A stretch of DNA of 64,000 bases. Origin: Nannocystis bainbridge (GTDB lineage Bacteria; Myxococcota_A; Polyangia; Nannocystales; Nannocystaceae). The notes under the pieces are model-generated. The model searched no databases. It saw only the letters and a list, made by a program, of their open reading frames with translations, and was not told the DNA's origin. Shown piece after piece: positions 56,146 to 64,000 of the stretch. Where the stretch lies: assembly GCF_028368995.1 (NCBI RefSeq), contig NZ_JAQNDL010000001.1:1504001-1568000 (forward strand), given 5' to 3'. A program made the position numbers and the translations under genes. Position 1 is the first letter of the stretch, and every line of letters begins with the position of its first letter.

Positions 56146-57264
56146 CTATGCATGATCGAGCCTCGCCAGCGCGCGCGGCGTCTCGTAGAGCACCGCCTCG
56201 AGGTGACGCAAAAAATCGCCTCGCTGATCGGCGGTGAGCACCGGCGCGACGGTCTGAAGCACCCGCGGGTCGTAGAAGCGAAAGAACACCCGGTGCGCCT
56301 CGCCCTCGAGGTCGATCATCAAGAAGCGCCGCAGTTGCCTGCGCACGACCTCGAACTCGGCCCCGCTGACGACGAACACGCCCCACGCCTCGCCCCAGCC
56401 CTCGCCGACGAGCCGCTCGAGCAGACCGGAGCCGCGCCCGAGGCGGACCAGGTACGGCGCGACGTCGTCGTGCGCGCGGCCCTGCTCGCCGTCGTAGAGC
56501 GAGGCGTATGGATCGACGCTCTCCTCGACGAGCTCGAGCGGGCGGTCGGCGCGAGCGGCGTCGACGATCGCGTACAGCGTGCCGGCGTCGCGCAGGCCCT
56601 GGAGCTGCGCGAGGGCGCGCAGCGCCGCCTCGCCGGGGTTCGGCGGCGCGGGCGGCTGCGTGAAGTCCTCGACGAGGAAGCGATACGTGGTGCGCCCGGC
56701 CTGCATCCACCCGCGGTTGGCCAGCTCGCCGGTCCAGCACGGCTCGCCGCCGACGCTGATGCGGTGCGGATCGATCGCCTGCACGTGAGCACAGACGCCG
56801 TCCCAGACGACGCTGAATTGCGGCGAGCCTGCCCGGTCGCCGTGGACCACGAAGTCGGCCTCGGCGGTGCCGACGGTGCGCGCGACCCCGGGCACGAGCA
56901 CCAGCTTGCGGAAGCCCTCGCGCCCCGACCACACCTGCAAGATCCCGCGACGCCGCCGCGCCGGACCGGGCGCGAGCACGTCGTAGCGCGCGAACGTGTA
57001 GTCGAGCTCCCCGAGCCAGTCGGCGTATTCGGGGTCGGTGTCGGCGAACTCGCGCACGCCGAGCGGGCCGAGGCCCGTGCGCCCGCGATCGTCGGGGTGC
57101 GGCACGCGACCGCGGGCGGTCGCGCCGGCCATGAACTCGAGCTGATCCTCGATCTGCCGCAGCAACGGCCAGCGCGCCGGCTCGTAGGCCCGCGTGCGCG
57201 CGCGGGCCTCCGCCAGCACCTCGGCGAAGGCGTCGCGCGACGTGATGCGCATCAGCCCGGGCAC
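56146..57264 (-). CDS. Tsi6-like immunity + degenerate FHA + DUF4123 fusion (copy 2)
   Basis: Collinear paralog of 29087..30205; LGPLGVREFADTDPEYADWL; LYAIVDAAR..FFRFYDPRVL. Confidence 0.85.
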   Translation of the reverse strand: MPGLMRITSRDAFAEVLAEARARTRAYEPARWPLLRQIEDQLEFMAGATARGRVPHPDDRGRTGLGPLGVREFADTDPEYADWLGELDYTFARYDVLAPGPARRRRGILQVWSGREGFRKLVLVPGVARTVGTAEADFVVHGDRAGSPQFSVVWDGVCAHVQAIDPHRISVGGEPCWTGELANRGWMQAGRTTYRFLVEDFTQPPAPPNPGEAALRALAQLQGLRDAGTLYAIVDAARADRPLELVEESVDPYASLYDGEQGRAHDDVAPYLVRLGRGSGLLERLVGEGWGEAWGVFVVSGAEFEVVRRQLRRFLMIDLEGEAHRVFFRFYDPRVLQTVAPVLTADQRGDFLRHLEAVLYETPRALARLDHA

Positions 57265-57267
57265 GCC

Positions 57268-58287
57268 TCAGCCCTCCGCCGACGGGTGGAACTTGCGCGG
57301 GATCATCACCTGCGTCGCCCCGCCCGGGCAATACACCGCCACCAGCGTGCCCGCGCGCGCATCCTTGAGCGACCAGTCGTCGACGATCGGCGCCGCCGTG
57401 CTCTGCAGGCCGAGCGCGGGCTCGTCGAACGCGACCTCGCGCGGCTCGCGGAGCAGCGGCGGCGGGCCCGGCTTGCCGTCGACGTAGCCGTAGCTCATCG
57501 GCGACACGCCGACCTGCTCCGGCGTGATCGAGGGGTCGAGCGTGAAGTACTGGCCGACGCCGGCGCCGGGGATCGATCTCTGGTGCATCGTCTTGCCGGC
57601 GAACGAGCGCACGATCACCGGCTGCTCGAGGTCGATGCCCTTGATGTGCGAGAGGATCTCGCTCGGCTTGACGGTGTCGGGGGTGTGGGCGGCGTAGAAC
57701 TGATAGGCGACCGCGTAGCGGGCCTGCATCCGCGCCTCCGACAGCCCGTCGTCGCTGTCGAGCATGCCGGCGAGCTCGTGCTTGGTGAAGTCGAGGTCGG
57801 CGAACGCGTCGCGCCCCGATCGCGCGCCCACCGGCGCCTCGTCGTCGAGGGTGACCGTCTCGGGGTCGGGCGCGTCGGGCGTGGCCGAGTCGTCGCGGCT
57901 GTCGTACTCCCGGCGCTTGCGCTCGCACTCCTCACAAAAGGGCGTGCCGAGCTTGGCCGCCTCGCGGAACACGAAGCTCTGCGTCGAGTCGCCGATCACC
58001 ACAGTCGGGCAGCCGTCGACGATCCGATCGCCGCCGATGTGGACCGCCGGATCGGTGCGGCGCGCCGCCTGGCGGTGATTGATCAGCACCGTCGCCGAGC
58101 CCTGCTGGATGCGGTCGCTCGGCCCGACCGGGAAGCACACCACGCTGTCGTCCTTGCGCGCGGCCGGCAGGAAGCCGACGATCACGTCGGCGCTGCCGCT
58201 GAAGATCGGGCCGCCGACGTGCGGTACGGGGCCGGGCTCGACCTTCGGGCAGACGTGCGAGTCGCTGATACGGGCGGCGTCGGGCAT
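57268..58287 (-). CDS. PAAR + Ntox46/Tse6-like toxin (copy 2)
   Basis: MPDAARISDSHVCP..PAARKDD..; SHIKGID..GQYFT..QSTAAPIVDDWS..GGATQ; ATG 58287 by alignment with the paralog. Confidence 0.88.
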   Translation of the reverse strand: MPDAARISDSHVCPKVEPGPVPHVGGPIFSGSADVIVGFLPAARKDDSVVCFPVGPSDRIQQGSATVLINHRQAARRTDPAVHIGGDRIVDGCPTVVIGDSTQSFVFREAAKLGTPFCEECERKRREYDSRDDSATPDAPDPETVTLDDEAPVGARSGRDAFADLDFTKHELAGMLDSDDGLSEARMQARYAVAYQFYAAHTPDTVKPSEILSHIKGIDLEQPVIVRSFAGKTMHQRSIPGAGVGQYFTLDPSITPEQVGVSPMSYGYVDGKPGPPPLLREPREVAFDEPALGLQSTAAPIVDDWSLKDARAGTLVAVYCPGGATQVMIPRKFHPSAEG

Positions 58288-58478
58288 GCGTGCGAGCGCC
58301 GACCAGCGTAACAAAATCCTGCCACGCGCGGCGCGCGGCGCTCCGTGGCGGATCGACTGTCACTGCCATCATGCGATCCACGGGTCGGCGAATGCGTGAA
58401 TGACGATATCGCGCGGCGCGAATTCGCCGGAAACAATGGACAGAGGCCGCCTGTCGCGGGCAAGATGCGAGGTCCTCC
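58288..58478. promoter_or_regulatory. Divergent intergenic region conserved with 31199..31389
   Basis: 191 bp; same blocks (CATCATGCG at 58367, CAATGGACAGA at 58434). Confidence 0.6.
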
Positions 58479-61319
58479 GTGCCCGATCCCTTCTCGCCGC
58501 GTGTGGGCGACCGTGTCCGCGATCGCTATGAGCTGATGACTCCGTTGCGCGCCGGCGGCCCGGCGCAGGTGTTCATGGCCGTCGATCACCAGGCCGGACG
58601 CGAGGTCGAGCTCACCTTGTTCGATCCCGCGTGCGCCGGCGCCGACGCGTGGGCCGGCTTCGCCCGGGTCATCATCGCCGCCACCGCGGCCAAGATCCCG
58701 GGCCTCGTGCTGCCGCGCGGCGTCACCCGCACAGCGCCGACCCCGCCCTCGTGCCTCGCCGACCCGCAGATGGCGCGCGGCCTCGATCGCCGCGCCGAGC
58801 AGGGCCCCACGCCGTGGCGGCGCGCCCTGCAGCTGTGCGAGCGCGTGGCGGAGATCGTCGAGCGCGCGCACGCGGCCACCGGCGCGGCCCACCGCGCGCT
58901 GACCTCGGCGCGCTGCGTCGTCACGGCGCGCGAGGAGGTCAAGGTCCTCGATTTCGGGATCGCCGAGCTCGCGCCGGGCCACGCCGACGATTCACCGTAC
59001 CGCGCGCCCGAGCAGCAACAGGCCGCCGGCGGCCCGCCCAGCGACGTCTATGCAATCGGCGTGATGCTCCACGAATTGCTCACCGGCCAGCGCGCGCCCG
59101 CGGGTCCGCTGCCGCCGTGGAGCCCGCCCGCCGACGCGCCCCCCGAGCTCGCGGAGCTGCTGACGCGCGCCACCGCCATCGCTCCCGAGCACCGCCACCC
59201 CGATCCGGCCGCGCTGCGGACCGCCATGCGCGCGGTGCTCGACGCCGACGCCAAGGCCGCCGCCGCCAGGGCCGTCGCCGAGGCCGAGGCCGCCGAGGCC
59301 AGGGCCGTCGCCGAGGCCAAGGCCGCCGAGGCCAGGGCCGCCGAGGCCAAAGCTGCCGAGGAGAGGGCCGCGGCTGCGCCGGTGCGCGAGGCGACCGTCG
59401 AGCTGCCGCTGCCCGGAGGCAGCAACCTGTCCGCAAAGCCATCCGATCTGCCGCGCCTCGCGGGCGGCGCCGACCTGTCCGCCCGGCCCGCCGATCCGCC
59501 GCTGCTCGCGAGCGGCGCCGACCTGCCCGCGCGGCCATCCGCCGCCCCGGCCGAGCCGCTGCTGGGCGGGACCAACCTGTCCGCGAGGACACCCCCGGCC
59601 CCGCCGCCGCCGCCCCCGCTGCGAGATGTCAGTCTGTCCGAACGGACAGTCGAACTCCCGCTCCCGCCCGACTCCTCGCCGGCCCGCGCCGACCTGTCCT
59701 CCGGGACATCCGCAGCGCCTCCCGAGCCGCGGCCCTCGCAGTCGAGCGCGTCACTCGCCTCCTCGTCCGGCTCGCGCCTCGCCGGCGACCCATCGGCCTC
59801 CGCCTCGTCCTCGTCGCTGTCCGGCTCACGCTCGCGCGGATCAACCTCGCCGTCGCGCGCCCACCCGACGATCGCCCCGGATGATTCGTCATCTTCGTCG
59901 CTGTCCGGCTCGCGCTCGCGCGGATCGACCTCGCCGTCGCGCGCGCACCCGACGATCGCCCCGGATGATTCATCGTCCTCACGCTCGCGGGCTTCGATCG
60001 CGCCAGACGACGCGTCATCCGCGTCGCAGAGCCTCCGGGCCTCGCGCTCTCACTCGACGATCGCCCCGAGTGATTCGGCGTCCGCGTCGCAGAGTCAGCG
60101 AGCCTCGCGCTCTCACTCCACCCTCGCCCCGGCGGATGCATCCTCGTCGCAGAGCCTCCGGGTCTCGCGCTCACACCCGACGATCGCCCCGGGTGATTCC
60201 TCCTCCTCGCTCGGCCGCGCGTCCGTCCCTGGCTCCGCCTCGCCGTCGCGCTCGCACCCCACGCTCTCCTCCGCGTCCTCCTCGTCGCTCCAGCGCCCGC
60301 GCGGCTCGGCCTCGCCGTCCCGCTCGCACCCGACGCTCGCCGCCGAGTCCTCCGCCTCGTCCCTCCAGCGCCCCCGCGGCTCGGCCTCGCCGTCGCGCTC
60401 GCACCCCACGCTGTCCGCCGAATCCTCCGCCTCCACGCGTCCGCGCCCGCCCGGCGCCCCGCCCACGCGGGCCTACCCGACCCTCGCGTCCGCGCAGGCC
60501 CAGGCCGCCGCGTCCTCGTCCTCGCTGTCGCGGCCGCGACCCCCGGGCGCCCCCCCGTCGCGCTCCTACCCGACCCTCGCCCCGTCCGCCTCGCCGCCGC
60601 CGGTCCCCGCGGACCGCACCGAGGTGCTCGCCCACAGCGCCATCGTCGCGGCCGAGCGCGCCCGCACCGGCGCCCACCCGCCGGTGCCCGCCGCCGACAA
60701 GACCGAGGTCACCCCGCGACGCTCCGTGCGCGGCCTGCCCGACGGCTCGCGCGGCGCCGCGGCCTCGGGCGCGGCGTGGCGACGCGACGCCGTCGCCCAA
60801 TCCTCGGTCCTCGCGCCCGGCGATTCGACCGTCATCGCCCCGGCGCCCGATGCAGCCTCGACCGAGGAAATGCCGGTACCCGCATTCGCCCGCGCGCCGC
60901 GAGGCCACGTCGATCCGCCGACCACGTCCTTGCCGGTACCCCCATTCTCGACGCAGGGCCGCCACGTCGATCCGCCGACCGATCAGATCGCGGTGCCCGC
61001 CTTCGCCGACGCGACGCAGATGCTGCACGCCGACGATCTGCTGCTGCCGCCGGCCCCGGTGAGCGATCCGGACGCCACACGGATCTGGCGCCGACCGCCG
61101 GACCCGAGCGAGGTCGAGCCGGCCGCCCGCGCGCCCGAGTCGACGATGATGCTGCCCACCACCGGGGAGACCGTCGTGCACCGGCCAGAACCTGTCCCTC
61201 GGGCCAGGTCATTGCTGGCCGAGTTCGCCAGCTGGTCCCTGCGCAAGAAGCTGCTCGCCGTCAACGTCGCGTTCGCGCTGCTCATCTTGATCGGCGCGCT
61301 GGCAGCGGTCGCCTGCTGA
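58479..61319 (+). CDS. Membrane-anchored Ser/Thr pseudokinase with Ser-rich repeat linker (copy 2)
   Basis: RAGGPAQVF, VELTLF (no Lys), HRALTSAR (no Asp), DFG, YRAPEQ, SDVYAIG; C-terminal WSLRKKLL + TM as in copy 1. Confidence 0.82.
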   Translation: MPDPFSPRVGDRVRDRYELMTPLRAGGPAQVFMAVDHQAGREVELTLFDPACAGADAWAGFARVIIAATAAKIPGLVLPRGVTRTAPTPPSCLADPQMARGLDRRAEQGPTPWRRALQLCERVAEIVERAHAATGAAHRALTSARCVVTAREEVKVLDFGIAELAPGHADDSPYRAPEQQQAAGGPPSDVYAIGVMLHELLTGQRAPAGPLPPWSPPADAPPELAELLTRATAIAPEHRHPDPAALRTAMRAVLDADAKAAAARAVAEAEAAEARAVAEAKAAEARAAEAKAAEERAAAAPVREATVELPLPGGSNLSAKPSDLPRLAGGADLSARPADPPLLASGADLPARPSAAPAEPLLGGTNLSARTPPAPPPPPPLRDVSLSERTVELPLPPDSSPARADLSSGTSAAPPEPRPSQSSASLASSSGSRLAGDPSASASSSSLSGSRSRGSTSPSRAHPTIAPDDSSSSSLSGSRSRGSTSPSRAHPTIAPDDSSSSRSRASIAPDDASSASQSLRASRSHSTIAPSDSASASQSQRASRSHSTLAPADASSSQSLRVSRSHPTIAPGDSSSSLGRASVPGSASPSRSHPTLSSASSSSLQRPRGSASPSRSHPTLAAESSASSLQRPRGSASPSRSHPTLSAESSASTRPRPPGAPPTRAYPTLASAQAQAAASSSSLSRPRPPGAPPSRSYPTLAPSASPPPVPADRTEVLAHSAIVAAERARTGAHPPVPAADKTEVTPRRSVRGLPDGSRGAAASGAAWRRDAVAQSSVLAPGDSTVIAPAPDAASTEEMPVPAFARAPRGHVDPPTTSLPVPPFSTQGRHVDPPTDQIAVPAFADATQMLHADDLLLPPAPVSDPDATRIWRRPPDPSEVEPAARAPESTMMLPTTGETVVHRPEPVPRARSLLAEFASWSLRKKLLAVNVAFALLILIGALAAVAC
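59805..60600 (+). repeat. Ser-rich SRxHPT(I/L)A repeat array (about ten units)
   Basis: Units SPSRAHPTIAP, SRSHSTIAP, SPSRSHPTL, RSYPTLA; includes a near-exact ~84-bp duplication around 59808-59975. Confidence 0.78.
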
Positions 61320-61334
61320 GACCCGCGCCCCGCG

Positions 61335-63653
61335 TCAGCCCTTGTTCGCCGGGGTGCGCGACGCCAGCGAGGCGACCACCGCCAGCAGCTCGAGCGGCTC
61401 GACCGGCTTGGCGACGTGGTTGTTGAACCCCGCCAGCAGCGCGCGGGTGCGGTCCTCCGAGCGCGCGTAGGCCGTCAGCGCCACCGCCGGCAGGGCCCCG
61501 CCGGCCTCGCGCGGCAGCTTGCGCAGCTTCTCGAGCAGCATGTAGCCGTCCTCTCCCGGCATGCCGATGTCGGAGATGAGCACATCGGGTCGCTCCGACG
61601 CGATCTGTCGCAGCGCCTCCGCGGCCGAGCCGGCCAGCAGGACGTCGACCCCGCAGCGCTTCAGCAACATGCCGAGCATCTCGCGGGTGTCTCGCTCGTC
61701 GTCGACCACCAGCACGCGCAGCCCCGCGAGCTCGGGCGGGCAGTTCAACTCCTTCGTCGCGGGCCGGTCGGGCGGCGCCACCTCGGGCGCCTCGATCTCG
61801 CGCCGCAGCGTGACCGCCAGCGGGACCCGGACCGTGAAGCTCGCCCCGCGATCTTCGCCCTCGCTGAACACGCTGACCGTCCCGCCGTGCATCTCGACCA
61901 ACTGGCGGACGATCGACAGCCCGAGCCCGAGCCCGCCGTGGCGCCGCGTCGTCGCCCCGTCGGCCTGGCGGAACCGCTCGAACACGTGCGGCTGAAACTC
62001 GGGGGCGATGCCCTTGCCGGTGTCGGCGACCACGATCTCGACCGACGAGTCGCGCCGCTCCACCAGCACCCCCACCCGGCCGCCGCGGGGCGTGAACTTG
62101 ACCGCGTTGCTCAGCAGGTTCCACACCACCTGCTGCAGCCGCTGCGGGTCGCCCATCACCGTCGCGCCCGACGCCAGCGTGGCCTGCAGCCGGACCCCGC
62201 GGGCCTCGGCCGCCGGGCGCACCGTCTCGAGCGCCGCCTCGACGATCTCGCGGATGTTGACGGTCTGGACCTCGAGGCGCAGCTTGCCCGCGAGGATGCT
62301 GCTCACGTCGAGCAGGTCCTCGATCAGCTGGGCCTGGGCCCGCGCGTTGCGCTCGATGGTGTCGATCGCGTGGCGGCGCTGCTCGTTCGGCAAGCCGTCG
62401 AGTTGCAGCATCTGCGCCCACCCAAGGATCGAAGTCAGCGGCGTGCGCAGCTCGTGGCTGACCGTGGCCAGGAATTCGTCGCGCAGCCGGGTCGCCGTCT
62501 CGGCCTCGCGCCGGGCCGCGCTCTCGAGCGCGAACAGCTCGGCGCGGTGCGCCTCCATGCGCTTGCGCTCGCTGATGTCCTTGAACACGAGCGCCACCTG
62601 CCGCTGCTCGGCCGGGCCGGCGCGCGTGGCGTAGACCTCGAACCACCGGTTCATCGCCGGCGCGTGGTTCTCGAATCGGGCCGTCTCGCCGGTCTCGGCG
62701 ACGCGGCCGTACATGCGGAACCACGACGCGTCGAGGCCGGGCACCATCTCGCGCGCGGTCTTGCCGACGGCGCCGACCAGGCCCGTATGGGTCTCGAACG
62801 CCGAGTTGGTCTCGAGGAACCGATAATCGACGGACTCGCCGTGCTCGTCGACGATCATCTGCAGCAGGCAATAGCCGTCGTCGATCGAGGCGAACAGCCG
62901 GCGATAGCGCTCCTCGGACGCCTGCAGCGCGGCCTCGGCCTGCTCGCCGCGCTGGCTCAGCAGCCGCATCTGCGTCACCTCTTGCCCCTGCACGAGGATC
63001 CCGGTCACCTGGCCGTCGGCGTCGCGGATCGGCTGGTAGATGAAGTCGAGGTAGGCGTCGATCGAGGCCTCGCCCGGCACCGGCTGCAGCACCACTTTAC
63101 GCTGGGTGCCGAGGTACGGCTCGCCCGTGGTGTAGACGTGCTCGAGCAGCTCGTAGTAGCCCTGCCCCGCGAGCTCGGGCAGCGCCTCGCGCACGCTCTT
63201 GCCGACGACCTTGCGGTGGCCGACGAGCTGGTGATAGGCGGCGTTGGCCACCTCGAACACCATCTCGGGCCCGCGCAGGAACGCGACGAACCCTGGCGCC
63301 TGCTCGAACAGCTCGAGCGGCCGCCGCGAATCGGCGGAGGACCGCTCGGCGGCCGCGGCCGCGTCGGCGCTGCGAGCCGCGGCCCAGCGAGCCAGGGCCG
63401 CGAGGTCCCGCGGGTCGTGCGTCGCCCCGTCCGCGCCCGGCAGCGCCAGCACTGCGTCGACCAGCGCGACGACCTCGGACGCCTCGACGGAGCCGCGCGA
63501 CGGCTGCGAATCGTCGGCGCCGCGCAACGCCTGGCACAACGAGTCGAGCAAACGCGACAGTCGCTGGCCCGCGCCGCCTCGCGCGAGCCGCTGCTCGCAC
63601 GTCGTCCGTAAAAGGTCCTTCTGTCCCTCGATGAGCTCGGCCAGAGCACTCAT
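61335..63653 (-). CDS. Hybrid sensor histidine kinase (PAS-PAS-HisKA-HATPase-REC)
   Basis: Two PAS-like domains; FLATVSHELRTPL; NLLSNAVKFT, DTGKGI, GGLGLGL; receiver VVDDE..SDIGMPGEDG..KP. Start trimmed to ATG 63653. Confidence 0.95.
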   Translation of the reverse strand: MSALAELIEGQKDLLRTTCEQRLARGGAGQRLSRLLDSLCQALRGADDSQPSRGSVEASEVVALVDAVLALPGADGATHDPRDLAALARWAAARSADAAAAAERSSADSRRPLELFEQAPGFVAFLRGPEMVFEVANAAYHQLVGHRKVVGKSVREALPELAGQGYYELLEHVYTTGEPYLGTQRKVVLQPVPGEASIDAYLDFIYQPIRDADGQVTGILVQGQEVTQMRLLSQRGEQAEAALQASEERYRRLFASIDDGYCLLQMIVDEHGESVDYRFLETNSAFETHTGLVGAVGKTAREMVPGLDASWFRMYGRVAETGETARFENHAPAMNRWFEVYATRAGPAEQRQVALVFKDISERKRMEAHRAELFALESAARREAETATRLRDEFLATVSHELRTPLTSILGWAQMLQLDGLPNEQRRHAIDTIERNARAQAQLIEDLLDVSSILAGKLRLEVQTVNIREIVEAALETVRPAAEARGVRLQATLASGATVMGDPQRLQQVVWNLLSNAVKFTPRGGRVGVLVERRDSSVEIVVADTGKGIAPEFQPHVFERFRQADGATTRRHGGLGLGLSIVRQLVEMHGGTVSVFSEGEDRGASFTVRVPLAVTLRREIEAPEVAPPDRPATKELNCPPELAGLRVLVVDDERDTREMLGMLLKRCGVDVLLAGSAAEALRQIASERPDVLISDIGMPGEDGYMLLEKLRKLPREAGGALPAVALTAYARSEDRTRALLAGFNNHVAKPVEPLELLAVVASLASRTPANKG

Positions 63654-64000
63654 GCTGCCCTCTCCCTGTCGTTTGCTGGGGTTTTGGCCAGGGGGCCGCT
63701 CGCTCGTAGCAAAAAACAGCGAAGAAAACATCTTCTGGCAGGGCCTGCACCGCCCGGGGCGCAGGTTACGCGGCGAGCGCGACGGATTGCAGGCACGAAG
63801 ACCCCGTGACCCGCGACGGCGAGCGCGCCGCCCCCTGAATCACTGGACGACGCGAAGGTCCCGGCTCGACGCCTGTCGTGCTCAGCAGTGAAGCGGCAGC
63901 GCCGAAGCGCCCGTGGCGGGCCATTGTCGCAAGCCTCGGGCCGCTCCCCATCTCGACGACCAGCGCGATCGAGCTGCGCGCGAACAGACCGGCCGCGCCC

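Noticed and set aside
59805-60600. Possible CRISPR array in the regularly spaced repeats (also 32460-32830)
   Set aside because: Units are in-frame, degenerate coding repeats without unique spacers; no cas genes.
63766-64000. Short ORF at the right edge
   Set aside because: No recognisable motif or RBS; cannot be judged without the next window.

Overview
Very GC-rich bacterial window, probably from a myxobacterium (MYXO-CTERM-type tails and Nannocystis-like lipoproteins; inferred). Left: the 3' end of a multicopper oxidase, then a 17.3-kb five-module NRPS (A-T-C-A-T-E-C-A-T-C-A-T-C-A-T-E, no TE; predicted Ser-D-X-Ser-X-Gly) with a coupled DUF6875-like gene, a PvdE/SyrD-type exporter and MbtH. 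A divergent DUF697/small-membrane/SPFH/solute-binding group follows. Middle and right: two paralogous copies (about 29-38 kb and 53.5-61.3 kb) of an unusual T6SS-type effector module with no core T6SS genes. Each copy has a PAAR fused to a Tse6/Ntox46-like NAD(P)+ glycohydrolase, an apparent Tsi6-like immunity + degenerate FHA + DUF4123 triple fusion, a divergent membrane-anchored pseudokinase 191 bp away, a small helical accessory protein and M15-type wall hydrolases. Copy 1 also has an M23-like/WHIX-like domain split over two genes in reversed order. Between the copies lie secreted proteins and lipoproteins, a RoxA-like di-heme cytochrome and a CzcA-type RND pair. A GACATGTC-N6-GACATGTC element recurs. 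No rRNA, tRNA, CRISPR array or transposase was seen. All family calls come from motif recognition, not database searches.
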